Source of the DNA: Calcarisporiella thermophila CBS 279.70
Lineage: Eukaryota > Fungi > Calcarisporiellomycota
Length of the DNA stretch: 64,000 nucleotides
Assembly (NCBI RefSeq): GCF_041956535.1
Contig: NW_027192213.1
Location: forward strand, 261,926-325,925
Direction of reading: 5' to 3'
Shown here: positions 26,008-37,514 of the stretch, in pieces
Position numbering within the stretch: position 1 is the stretch's first letter
Layout of the letters: each line of letters opens with the position of its first letter
The notes under the pieces: generated by a model
Database searches by the model: none
The model's input: only the letters and a program-made list of their open reading frames with translations
Told to the model about the DNA's origin: nothing
Made by a program: the position numbers and the translations under genes

Positions 26008-26875
26008 ATGAGAGCGGAAGACAGCTTTACAATCAAGTATGTCGCCTTCAAATTTCACGTTTGAAGACGAACGAAAATAAGGTGGGGAGTTGTTGGAAAG
26101 AAAATTGGAAATAGTTAAAAAAAAGGGTAAATATAAACAATCGATTTTTGGGCTTTGGAATTGCTTCTCTTGGGATGAATGGTGAAGAATGGGATTCAAA
26201 AGGCAAGCTTATACGGGTCGAGATGAGTGCTTAATTATTCAAATTATATGACATGATGTGCTTGATCATGTCTTAGGAACAAACTGGAAAGGAGTAACAG
26301 GTTAAAGAATGAAGGAGGGAAAAAATTGCTTGGGTGACGTTTTATATTTGTCCTTGAAAAATATCAGCAGATTTTTTTATACCCAGGAACAATCTATTAG
26401 AAAATTAAACACTCAGCCAAACAACCAACAATTTGAGTGTGAATAGATCAGTACACTAACAATATACAGCGACCTCACCCCATACCACAACCTCTCTCCC
26501 CCATTGCCTATCAGCGGCAAACGCTGCTTGTTTGCGCTTGTGGATTTAAGGAAAGGGCTCGCACCGGGGAGTCTATATTCCCATCCTCCTATCCTTTTTT
26601 CATATTTAGTGGGTGGTTCCTACACTCTTCGGTAGGGTCACCACCGCCATCATCAGATATCGATAATCTCCGTAAAATTCTGGGTGATTAGCTTGGCGGA
26701 GAATACTAAAGAAGCCCCCCCAACTCGAGTAACTCGATTTCCCTTTTTTTTAGCATTTGTCGGAAATGTTTTTTAAGTTAATTAAGCTAGACGTCATCGC
26801 TCATTATACCGTTTTCTAAATCTCTGAAATTAACCCAAAGAAGCCTGTGCGCAAGTCCAAGAAAAATGCGGAAAA

Positions 26876-29136
26876 ATGTCACAGCGGCGACGACGGAACA
26901 ACAATGCATTAAATCAGCGTCTTTGGCGGAGAGAAGGTCAAACCTCATCTTCTGGAGGTGAAGCCGATGTCTCATCGGAAATCGATGACACCCCTACTCC
27001 TACATCATCGCGATCCAAGTAAACATGACGCCTCGATCTGTACTCTCTTTAATTTTCTCCTTACAAGGTCTCCTCTACTCGGCTAAATTAGAATCACCGC
27101 TTATCGCCCTCCCTACTGCCCTTCATTCACCATAGCTTTCAAACTCATCTTGGTAGCTCGCCTCATTGCCGCCCTTACTACTTCAATATCGGACTGCGAT
27201 GAAGTTTTCAACTACTGGGAACCTACTCACTATCTCCAATATGGCTATGGGATGCAAACTTGGGAATATTCACCCGTATATGCCATTCGAAGTTGGGCAT
27301 ATGCGGGTCTGCACGCGTTAGTAGGGATGCTTGTGAGTTTGCTCACAAAAAACAAGGTATAGACCCCATGGAGTTAGCAAAGACGCGTCTTATTCTAATT
27401 TGGGGCCTCTTCTCTATAGGTGCAGACCTTTTATCTTCTTCGTTTGGCATTTGCAACGCTTTGTGCCTATTGCGAAACGGTTTTCTATCGGTCAGTAGTG
27501 ACGGAGCTCAACCCCCATATTGGGCGGTACGTGCTAACTGCACTAATTGTGAGCGCTGGTATGTTTCAAGCTGCGACCGGTAAGAGAGAGATTTTGTGTG
27601 CCATATATCTCTTTTTTTTTTGGCTTTAATTGTGTGGACTATTAGCATTCCTTCCCTCGACATTCTCAATGTATACAACGATGTTGGCTTTTGCCCACTG
27701 CTTGCGCCCCCCGTCGGATATCTCGGGTTCTCGCACTTACCGCGCCATTTTTTGGTTTGGAGTCGGAGCTCTTCTGGGTTGGCCATTCAGCGCCGCGGTT
27801 GGAATTCCATTTGTGTTCGAAGAACTGCTTATGGTCGGCAAAACACACCCCACATCTCCCACCTCCCAACGGAAAAAACCTAGCACGATTGATTGGAGAG
27901 TGAGACGAGTAGTGAGATTTACCATTGCGGTTCTTGCTGGGTTACTTGTCCTGGTAAAAATGCATATACAATTCGCCACGATGGATCTATCTAATAGGAC
28001 TCTATTTATTGCAGCTACCTATCATCTTGGTTGACTACATCTTTTACAAGAAAATCGCCATAGTTCCCCTCAATATTGTGCTATACAATGTATTCGGTGG
28101 GGCGAATCGTGGCCCGGATATCTTCGGCACGGAACCGTGGTACTTTTATATCCTAAATGGATTGTTGAATTTCAACATCCTCTCTTTACTTTCCCTGGCA
28201 AGCATCCCAATATTGGTAAGTGTTTATTAGCCAATGGGTATGAAGAGAATGAGTATTCACATTCTGTAATGCTTTTAATCTTAGTTGGTTTCTCGGTTTT
28301 TGGATCCAAATTGCCTGGTGATATCTTCTGGTACAGCCAATCCAACCACCCTCCTTACTCTCAAGCTGCTTCCTCTCTACATTTGGATGGGTATTTTCAC
28401 ACTTCAGTCGCACAAGGAAGAGCGCTTTCTCTTCGTTGTTTACCCGCTTATATGTTTGAATGCTGCTGTTGCCCTCTTCTTGCTTCGCGGACTTCTACAG
28501 CGAGTTGCGGGCAAACTCAATATTTCCTCCTACCGACTTCTCTCAACATTTACCGCGTCAATATTGCTGCTTTCCGCAGTGCTCTCGATATCCCGAATCG
28601 TCTCCCTCTATTCGCATTACCATGCACCCCTCGAGGTGTATGAGCACTTTTCTCTTAAAGAGTGGCCGGCCTTTGTCCAACGCAATATGACCACTCAGAA
28701 CGAGGAGGTGAATGTTTGTGTTGGCAAGGAGTGGTATCGTTTCCCATCCCACTATTTCCTCCCTCATGGAACGCGACTTCGGTTTCTTCGTAGCGAATTC
28801 CGAGGCCTACTGCCTGCCTATTTTGCCGAAGGGGAAAGTCGAAGGGATGGTACCTCAAGACTACCCCAGTGGAAAATGAATGATGTTAACCGAGAGGAGA
28901 TGGATCGATATGTGCCCGTGGAGGAGTGTACATACCTAGTGGATTTCGATACCGGGGTGGAGACGAAACTCGAGCCACGCTATGTGAATGATGCGAATTG
29001 GGAACGTGTCATTTGTAAACCATTTTTAGATGCCTCTCGGACGCCGAGGCTCTCGAGGGCTTTTTATCTTCCTTTTAATTCAAGGACGAAAAAATGGGGC
29101 GATTACTGTTTATTAAGACGGCAAACACGAGGCTGA
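26876..29136 (+). CDS. ALG9: Dol-P-Man-dependent alpha-1,2-mannosyltransferase ALG9, multi-exon
   Basis: ISDCDEVFNYWEPTHYL.YGYGMQTWEYSPVYAIRSWAY; AFLPSTFSMY; GWPF; QSHKEERF; VCVGKEWYRFPSHYFLP. Confidence 0.97.
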
Positions 29137-29523
29137 AAGCTAGGAATTTTCATCCATTGTGTGCTCAATGTTTAATTGTTTTTTACTATAATGCTATATT
29201 AATTTTCATTTTAATAATTCGTTTTTGAACTGAATATGCTAGGCTCTTTTTTGCCTCTTTTTCTAGTGCTTTTCCTCGGATATGAATCTTAGTCATTGAA
29301 GGGCTTGAAAAGGCCTAGAAGAGAACTTGTGATAATCCACTGGGAAGTTATAGGAAAATCATAGAGAAAATGTTAATGTGCTAGTGTAACGCCACTCATA
29401 ACGATCTAATGTATTAGCGGACTTCTCTTTATTTTTTCAAACCGCATGTATTACTCCCCTCCCCCCCCTCTACTTTGACTTAGTATTCAGCTAATTAATA
29501 CCGGTACAACCAGCAGCACTACT

Positions 29524-31606
29524 ATGTCCAATCAAGCCATCCTTCGCATCCAGAAAGAGTTAGCGGAGGCAGGGTATGTTATGCGCCGTTTGTCTTTCCT
29601 GCGCTCATAACGTTTCGATTCACACTTTTGCTCTGAATCTGGTATTGAAACAGCAAAAATCCTGATCATTCAATCTATCTTCATTATGATGAAGATGACA
29701 TGCGAAATGTCAAGGCGCTGATTACGGGGCCACCTGATACACCGTAGGTTAAAATTTTCAGAGTTTTTCATATCATCTCCACTGAAAATGCTGTGATACG
29801 CTCAATTCAGCTACGCGTTCGGCATGTTTGAATTCACCATGCGATTTCCCGATTCTTACCCTTCACAACCCCCTAAAGTAGCAGCATTGACAACCAACTA
29901 CGGCAGAACCAGATTCAATCCAAATGTAGGCTGTTGGGCAGTCCCTTGATTTGTGCTAATGATTAGATTTAATGCTTTTTTATCCCAACAGATATATGCG
30001 AATGGGAAAGTGTGTTTAAGTATCTTAGGTGCGTCGAGAATATTCCTCCCTTTTATTTCCTGTTTCTCTGTTCTTACCTCCTGCTTTATGCAAACGTATA
30101 GGGACTTGGCCGGGAGAAGCGGGAGAGCAGTGTATGCACATTCTTGTCGCTAATATCTTATCTGATAGAAGACTTACCAATCGCATTGTCTTCTCTTTTC
30201 GTCATGGTAGGGCGCCCTGCACACGGAATATCATCCGTTCTATTATCTATACAGAGTTTGATGAGTGATAAGCCGGTAGGGTTCTTAATGCAGTTGCTTG
30301 GGCTATTCGAGAGAATAATTGACTTGTCGCCCTTTCTTAGTATTTAAATGAACCCGGATGTGATAAGGAGGACAACACACAAGTAATTGAGGGCTACAAT
30401 CACAAGATCATTCACGGTATGGTGAAAGATTTGAAGTTGTTTTGAAATATTCCACACCCCTCAGCTGAACCTCAACGTCTCTTTAGAAACTATTCGGATA
30501 TCTATCTGCGATCGATTGGAAAACTTTCTTGGGCTGAAGAGTGGAAATGATTTCCCCCAACTCCCCAACGGTACTGACTATAAATCCGCCATAGAATTTA
30601 CCACACAATCGTCTTCACCTATCTCCTCCATCGCTAATAACACCAACTCCACAAACTCTGCGTCATCAGACACCTCAACACCTATAAACTCTGCTGGCGC
30701 CTCACATCCTGCAGCACCTTCATCAACAGCGAAGCCCGCACTCCCCGGCTTTAATCCTGGCTTTTTTCAGGACGAATTCTCGTCTCGCTTCGCATCGAGT
30801 TCAACCCAAGGACACGAATTTGAGGATCTGTCAAAACGACTATTCATGTGCTATTACGAAAACGTCATTGTAAGTCCGAATGTTAAATTGGGTGTTTCTG
30901 CCTTTTTTTTACGTTAACCACATCTTGGGATCAACTCAATCTGTAGGACATTATCAAAAGAGAGGGCAGTCATACAAAAGAAGGTGAGCAATTCGAGCTC
31001 ACCAAATTCGAGAGTAGATCGAACGGAATGGAGGGGGTATACCGTTATCCCAACTTGGCTCAGCGGATGGCTGCGATTCGCGACGCCATCAACCGTGAAA
31101 CGGATCAGTGGATTCAGCAAAGTCGCCGTTGGATAGAGAAGGACACCACAACAGCAAGCAATTTAAAGCGGCAGTTTGAGCAAGTGAAGAACTATCTTGA
31201 CGCGAGCTCAGGAAATATCCAAGTCGAGCTCGAAGACAAAAACCCTTTCGTCTGGATGATACTCATTTTTGGAAAGCCGATGACCAACTACGACGGGGGT
31301 ATCTTCAAGGCTAAGATTGTGTTCCACGACAAATTCCCTGAGATACAGCCGAGAGTACGATTCATTACTCCCATATTCCACCCCAATATTACAGAAGAGG
31401 GGATACCGTTCTACCGTGCATCACGCCAAGATGACGTGCGCAGCCTTGTGTTGGCCCTAAATGCCCTACTGGAGGATGAGCCGAATACGAATCCCGTCAC
31501 GCATGTGAACAAACGAGCTGCGAAGCTGTATTTTGGAAGCAAGGAGGATCGGCGAGAGTATAACCGGAACGCTAGACGGTGTGCCGGGCGATCTCTGGAG
31601 TATTAG
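29524..31606 (+). CDS. UBE2Z-like ubiquitin-conjugating enzyme with a second, Cys-less UBC (UEV-like) domain
   Basis: [53 protein letters not shown] (catalytic Cys) ..YLNEPG; C-terminal GKPMTNYDGGIF..FITPIFHPNITEEGIPFY lacks Cys. Confidence 0.88.
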
Positions 31607-32551
31607 TGGATTTGGCTGACGGCTAGCTTGGCTATTTTGCCCTATTTTTATTTTGACGACAAAAACCAACCTGACCCTCCTATTTCTCCTCTATTAATAA
31701 TTATTGCATGTGCCGATGTCATTCTTCTCCTTTTCAAATTTGATTTTCTTTTGCTTTTCTTGGTGACTCATTAAAGTATATGAGTGTAAAAATTTGTAAG
31801 AGAATGTACAAAAGGAGTAAACCCATCTTTTAATACTTTCCCTTTTTTTTCTTTTTTCGTTGGATTGTTGAACAAATGGCGTACCTTGCCTTTCATTTGA
31901 AAACTGTTGAGTTTTCGAAATCCCCGTGGAACCACGTTTGCACACATGTTGGTGAGCAACTCCCATCCGTGCATCGATGCGAATATTCTGGAATTACGAT
32001 ACGTGGCCATTTCGTGTCAAGATGTTAGAGGCTATCGAAAGTTCCCTCGACGGTATACTCTAAAAACGCTTACTCGGCTGAGGAGAGCACGAGGATTTTT
32101 GCCATAATAAGAATTATAGTATTAAAGTAGGCGTTTCTAGAAGAGTTCGAGCTTATTTTTTCAATTCTGCGATAAATATCTCTGCGGTAGAGTGTAGGTA
32201 TAGAAGCCAGGGATAAATCAGCTACAATTTAATACATATCTTAAATGAAAAGTAGAAATGAACCAGACCCTGATCTTTATCATCTAGATATTGGTTGTCT
32301 TGTGAGGTTGATCGAGATAAAGGCGCATTTGTCATCTCCAAGCAGCTCTTCTGAATGAAATAGAAACCTTAACTTTACGGGATATCTGATTCTCCACAAA
32401 AGCCCCTCATTGGATTTTCGTCATCGAGTACGTAATAGACGGACGGATTCGGGTTGTGACTTCAGCCGGTATTTTGTTTCTATCGTTCCTTACTATTCAT
32501 CTCCGTTCCTTTTACTTGAACCATTTTCACTCTTAAATCCACGCCGGCAGG

Positions 32552-34733
32552 ATGCACATCCCAAAAACTGCCGCATGTGCGAAGTTTGCGGCAATCGCTA
32601 AAGCGAAGCATCATATATCGGCTGCAGTTTGGAAAAATGCTCCCGCGCTAACCACCTCCAACTTTCCGATCCCCCCTTCCGCTCCTTCGTACTTCCCCTC
32701 TCAAGAATCTCCAGCCCGATGTGATTGTTTCCAACTGCTCCGCCGACCGCACTCCCTCAGACCTCAAAGTAGATCCTTGTATACTTTGCCCGATTTCTTG
32801 TTCCCGCGTCGAAATACCGACTTCACTTCGTCACTTATCCCGAAAACCTTTCCCTCCCCTCTCCTCCAAAAACTCGAGAAACCGCAGACATCCCCTCCTT
32901 CCCCTATAATAACATTTTCACCTCCCCCCTCATTCTCACACACACCGTTACCAACATCTTCGCCTACGCCTTCATCCAACTATTCCCCGCTCAAAATTCC
33001 ATTCACGCAACCTCCAGTACAAAAATTAGCTCAGACTTCTCTACCTACACCCACCCCCACTCTCCCAGCTACTCCTTTACTCCACCACTCTCCACGTAGT
33101 ATTCCGCTTACTCAATCCTCAGTTAAACAATCCGCTCAGACGCAAGTATCAAGCGATGGGCTAACAAGAATAACGACATTAGCTAATGGTGTGCGTGTGG
33201 CGTCTTTTAATGCGCCCGGTCACATTGCAAATGTGGGTATTTTTATACGCGCTGGACCAAGATTTGAGACGGAAAATATTAAAGGTGTTAGTCACATTCT
33301 AGATCGAATGGCATTCAAGGTATGTGACATTGCCATTTTAGCTTGGATGCCATTTACCATCAAAGCTTGTACAATTTTTTTCCACAAGTGATTCTAATAC
33401 CATTTTTTATCCTATACAGAGCACAACAAATCGAACTTCTGAGGAGGTTCTTCAAGAAATTGGAGCCCTTGGGGGTCAAAGCACCTGTACCTCGTCTCGT
33501 GAAGCCATAATCTATCACAGTGCAGTGTTTAAACGCGACTTGCGACGGACTTTCTCTCTACTTTCCGATATAATCCTCCACCCGAAGCACACTCCCTCGG
33601 AGATTGCAGAGCAGTGCGAAATCGCTGCGCGGGAGGTGCAGGAAATCGTCTCCCAGCCAGATATGCTTCTGCCTGAAATTCTTCATATGACGGCCTTCAA
33701 AAAGAATACACTTGGAAATCCAATGCTTTATAATGCAAGCCACGGTAAAGTAAATCCGGAGATGGTACGAAAGGCGTGGCAAGGCTGGTTCACCCCGGAA
33801 AGAGTCGTCATTACCACGACTGGAGCAAATCATGATGAAGTTATTGCATTGGCAGAAGAGTATTTTGGAAACTTTGGAGTCGAACCCAAGGAGGATGAAA
33901 AGCGGAAGCAGCGAAGCTTGAAGAGTCTCTTTAGTCCACATCCTTTATCCACATCACCTCGTTTCCCCCTGTTACGACGTTCATTTTCCACATGCTCTAC
34001 CAGCGGCATCGTTACGAAATGGGACCCAAGTACCAGAGTTGAGGAACATGCACGGTATACGGGCGGGGTCAAATTGATTCCCCAGCCGGACATGCCCTTA
34101 ACGCATCTGTACCTCGCATTCGAAGGCGTCCCCGCCCATGATCCCGACGCTTATCCTTTGGCCACACTACACACGCTATTAGGGGGCGGTGACGCATTCT
34201 CTTCGGGGGGACCCGGAAAGGGCATTCAATCGCGCCTCTATGCAAAAATTGTTGCAAAATATGACTGGGTCGAAGCTTGCAATGCTTTCCAACACGCATA
34301 TTCAGACAGCGGGCTGTTTGGTTTACGGGCCGTTTGTGTTTCAGGCCAAGGCCTGCAACTTGTAGCCATGATTGCACGAGAATTGTCCCTGGTGCTTCTC
34401 ACCGACACAGAACAATTGCGCGGCGAGCAGGGTGGAATTACTGAAGCTGAGCTCCAACGTGCTAAGAACAAACTAAAGGCGGCACTGCTCATGAGCTTGG
34501 AAACCAGTGCGATTCAGATCGAAGAATTGGCAAAACAAGTACTTTTGCTGGGACGATGCGAGAGTGCTGAAGAAATTTGCGAAAAGATCGATCGGATCAC
34601 AGTAAGGGACATTGTACGTGTTGCACAAAGGATCTTCCGGGGACGAGTCACCATTGTCGCCCAGGGTGAGGTGGAGGGGCTACAGCATGCGGAGAAGATC
34701 CTATGTAGGTGTGGCATCGGAAAATTATCATGA
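32552..34733 (+). CDS. MAS2: Mitochondrial processing peptidase alpha subunit (M16B), 2 exons, long N-terminal extension
   Basis: RITTLANGVRVAS..RFE..GVSHILDRMAFK|ST; NTLGNP; Gly-rich loop LLGGGDAFSSGGPGKGIQSRLY; YSDSGLFG; ELQRAKNKLKAALLMSLE. Confidence 0.9.
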
Positions 34734-35034
34734 ATGCTATCCTTGAAGGCTACTCATTTAGCAACCGAGAGTGACGAGAATCCAATTTTGAAATATATAT
34801 ATTTTACTCTTGTATACTCATTATTTAACTAATTCTTGGATATTAGTTTCTCTCTCCAGTCTATTTCTCGCTCTTATTTACATATAATTACTTGTTTATC
34901 CTTTCCAAGATAAATACATAAAGAAATCCCAGTGATAAAAATTAAAGAATGGAGAATAATCATGAATACTATTACTAACACTATCTAAAGGGAAAGAATG
35001 ATTCGCGCATCCGTACATCGCACCCTCCTCTCCC

Positions 35035-35963
35035 TCAAACCAACTTCTTGGACACAAAAAATCCGTGCATGCTCCTCATCTGCCACAGGCAGGTGATGCC
35101 CAGCACTATGATCTGTACGATGGCCCAAGTCACCACGCGCGAGTTAGTTGCCTCTGACATGTCTCTAAATTCCACTTCGCGTTCCTATGAAAACACGTCC
35201 GCAAAAATGATCAATATGAAGATGGGGGTAGAGATGGTCAGATAATATACTCTTTGGTAACCCTGCTCACGTCGAATATCATTTACGCGATTGTTGAGGT
35301 CTCGGATTCGGGATACCATCACTTCAATATATATTCTTAGCATACCTCAGCCAACTAACCGTATTAAAACTAAAAGACTCACTCTGTAATGCATCCTTCT
35401 CTGCCTCTTCTGTGTCCGCGAGGGGCCCCGCGCGTCCAGAGGTCATGTCAATATGAAACCGCTAAATTGGCACAAGTTGTACCACTCAATATCTATTAAC
35501 TATGTAGTGTTCTTTAATACAGCTTGAAGAATTCTCACCAGTCTGTGATTCTTTGACCAGGAGGTGGAGTTTGTTGAGAAGCACACCAAATGAGAACCTG
35601 ACTCATGCGCCGTGAAGACGAATCGCCCCATAGTACCTGATTTCAAGTTCAAGACATTGCGATGTTCGGATACCTCCTATTGATAAAATGAATATTATAG
35701 TGTGCTCTACAGATCATTCGTTAATTTAGGCTGGATTTATCTCCTACCTCTGCAGAAATTTGAACGCCGATTTCATCGTTATGCATATACTCTTGCTGTG
35801 TATCGCTCCATTCCTCAACGCGAAATGCACCCGACACTATTGTCCCAGAGGGGACCTCTTCTATGAAACATTTTGAGAGCCCTGGTCTGTCGAAATAGAA
35901 GTAGATTGCAAACGACGGAGAAAAAAGGAATGCAAGAAATATGAGGGAGGACAAATGGCGCAT
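35035..35963 (-). CDS. ERP1: p24/emp24/gp25L family cargo receptor (p24-alpha, Erp1-like), multi-exon
   Basis: Signal peptide; [11 protein letters not shown]; [20 protein letters not shown]; [10 protein letters not shown]|[20 protein letters not shown]; ends FFVSKKLV* (dilysine motif). Confidence 0.9.
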
Positions 35964-36440
35964 GGTGAATGCTATTGTTTAGCGAATTCTCTTTTTGACT
36001 CCCTTCTCTTGTTAATGGGATCTAAGTGTAATTACGGCACAGGGAAATAAGTGAGGGTACAGAGAAAAATATTCATTTGATCAGTGATCGGGAAAATACG
36101 CTAAGGCTTTTAGACACATTTCAGACTTTTCTATTCCATATTTATCAAGAATTCAAAAAGGTATAAATTCCAGATCCATCACGCAGGAGGGGGCCGAAGA
36201 AAATTTAATATGGTAAAATCGATTTAGTTGTCAAGATATTGAATAGTTACAAAGCAGATAACCTAATGTCTAGCCTAAGGTGAAAAGCATATATAAATAC
36301 ATTATAAATATAAGAAATAGTACGACTAACATAGAGATGGTTGTAAAATAAATAGAGGAAGGATAATAAAATATATACAAATCAAAGTCATGTAATACTA
36401 GCATACATTGGAGGGATAGATGGGTTTACTGCAATCAGGG

Positions 36441-37317
36441 CTATCTTCTATCGGGAGACGTCGGGATAACGCAAGAATATTCTGGAGGTGATGCACGTGT
36501 TGTTTGCGCGGTAGAGGTTGAGGGCAAGTCTGGATTATAGATTGGAGGTGGAGTGGAGACAGGAGGCACATATATCGGCAAAGGTGGAATGTCCGAAAAT
36601 CTAAGCAAAATCGCCTTTTGCCATAGAGAATACCGTCAGTCATCTCTGACCCAGCATTTGGAGCAAGACGAAAAGGCTTACATAGGTCCAAGGTCCTTCT
36701 GAAGTATACGAGCCGTCAGGATTCAGACGAGGTGCCTCCGTACGATATTTTTTTAATGAATACTCGATGTCGGGAGAATCTAACTCGGTTAGCTCCGCGC
36801 ATGCTTGGTTTACTGCTCTCTCGAACTTCACAATAAAAAATAATTATTCTCTGAGCATGAGGGGGTTAGTAATATCAAATAGCACTTGCCTTTGATTGCC
36901 GCTTATCAATATAGATTTCTGAAATGAGCGCAGCACATAACAGCAAAATTATTGCAGCTACGGTTGCACTCCATTGAATGCCGGGAGGTATATCGGGTCT
37001 CCCTTGGAGGATAGGTGTGAAGGCAAGCGCGGTGGCAATAATTACAATGACACCGGCCATAAATGACCAGAAGAGTATCCGGGCTAACCGCGTTTCGGAG
37101 AGAGGCTTGAGCCCACTACTGATGAGCACTCCATTAATAGAAGAAATTCTTAATGAGAACGTTTGGGGAGACATCTGAAGAAATTTGCATTAAATATTAG
37201 AAACAAAGGAGAGGCCTAGGGCAAAATGGTTCATACATATCCATCCAGCTCCTCAGGAAATTTCTCATCAAACTTGTTTTGCAACAAATTTAGTTTAATT
37301 TCGACATGTTTTTCCAT
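36441..37317 (-). CDS. ERF4/Golgin-A7-like two-TM membrane protein with C-terminal PY motifs, 4 exons (about 227 aa)
   Basis: Exons 37317-37237, 37174-36890, 36825-36682, 36614-36441, all phase 0; KFDEKFPEELDGY|MSPQTFSLRISSIN resembles the ERF4 core; two hydrophobic helices; tail LPIY, PPIY, PPEY. Confidence 0.7.
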
Positions 37318-37514
37318 TGTAATCGTTCATCATAACGAAGACGTGTCAATTTCTTTACCCACGCCAATGTAGGTAGAGTGGTTTCAGTTTCTTTTACGAC
37401 AAATTTAAAAAGAAAATGTGACTGAGTGGCAAACCGCTACGCCATTGATAAATTGTTTTTTCATATGCATATCCTTGGTTTTTAACGGTAGTTTTCACTT
37501 GCAACTACACAAAG

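Noticed and set aside
26250-26273. 8-bp hairpin GACATGAT/ATCATGTC upstream of SPE2
   Set aside because: Short enough to occur by chance and upstream of the putative TATA box.
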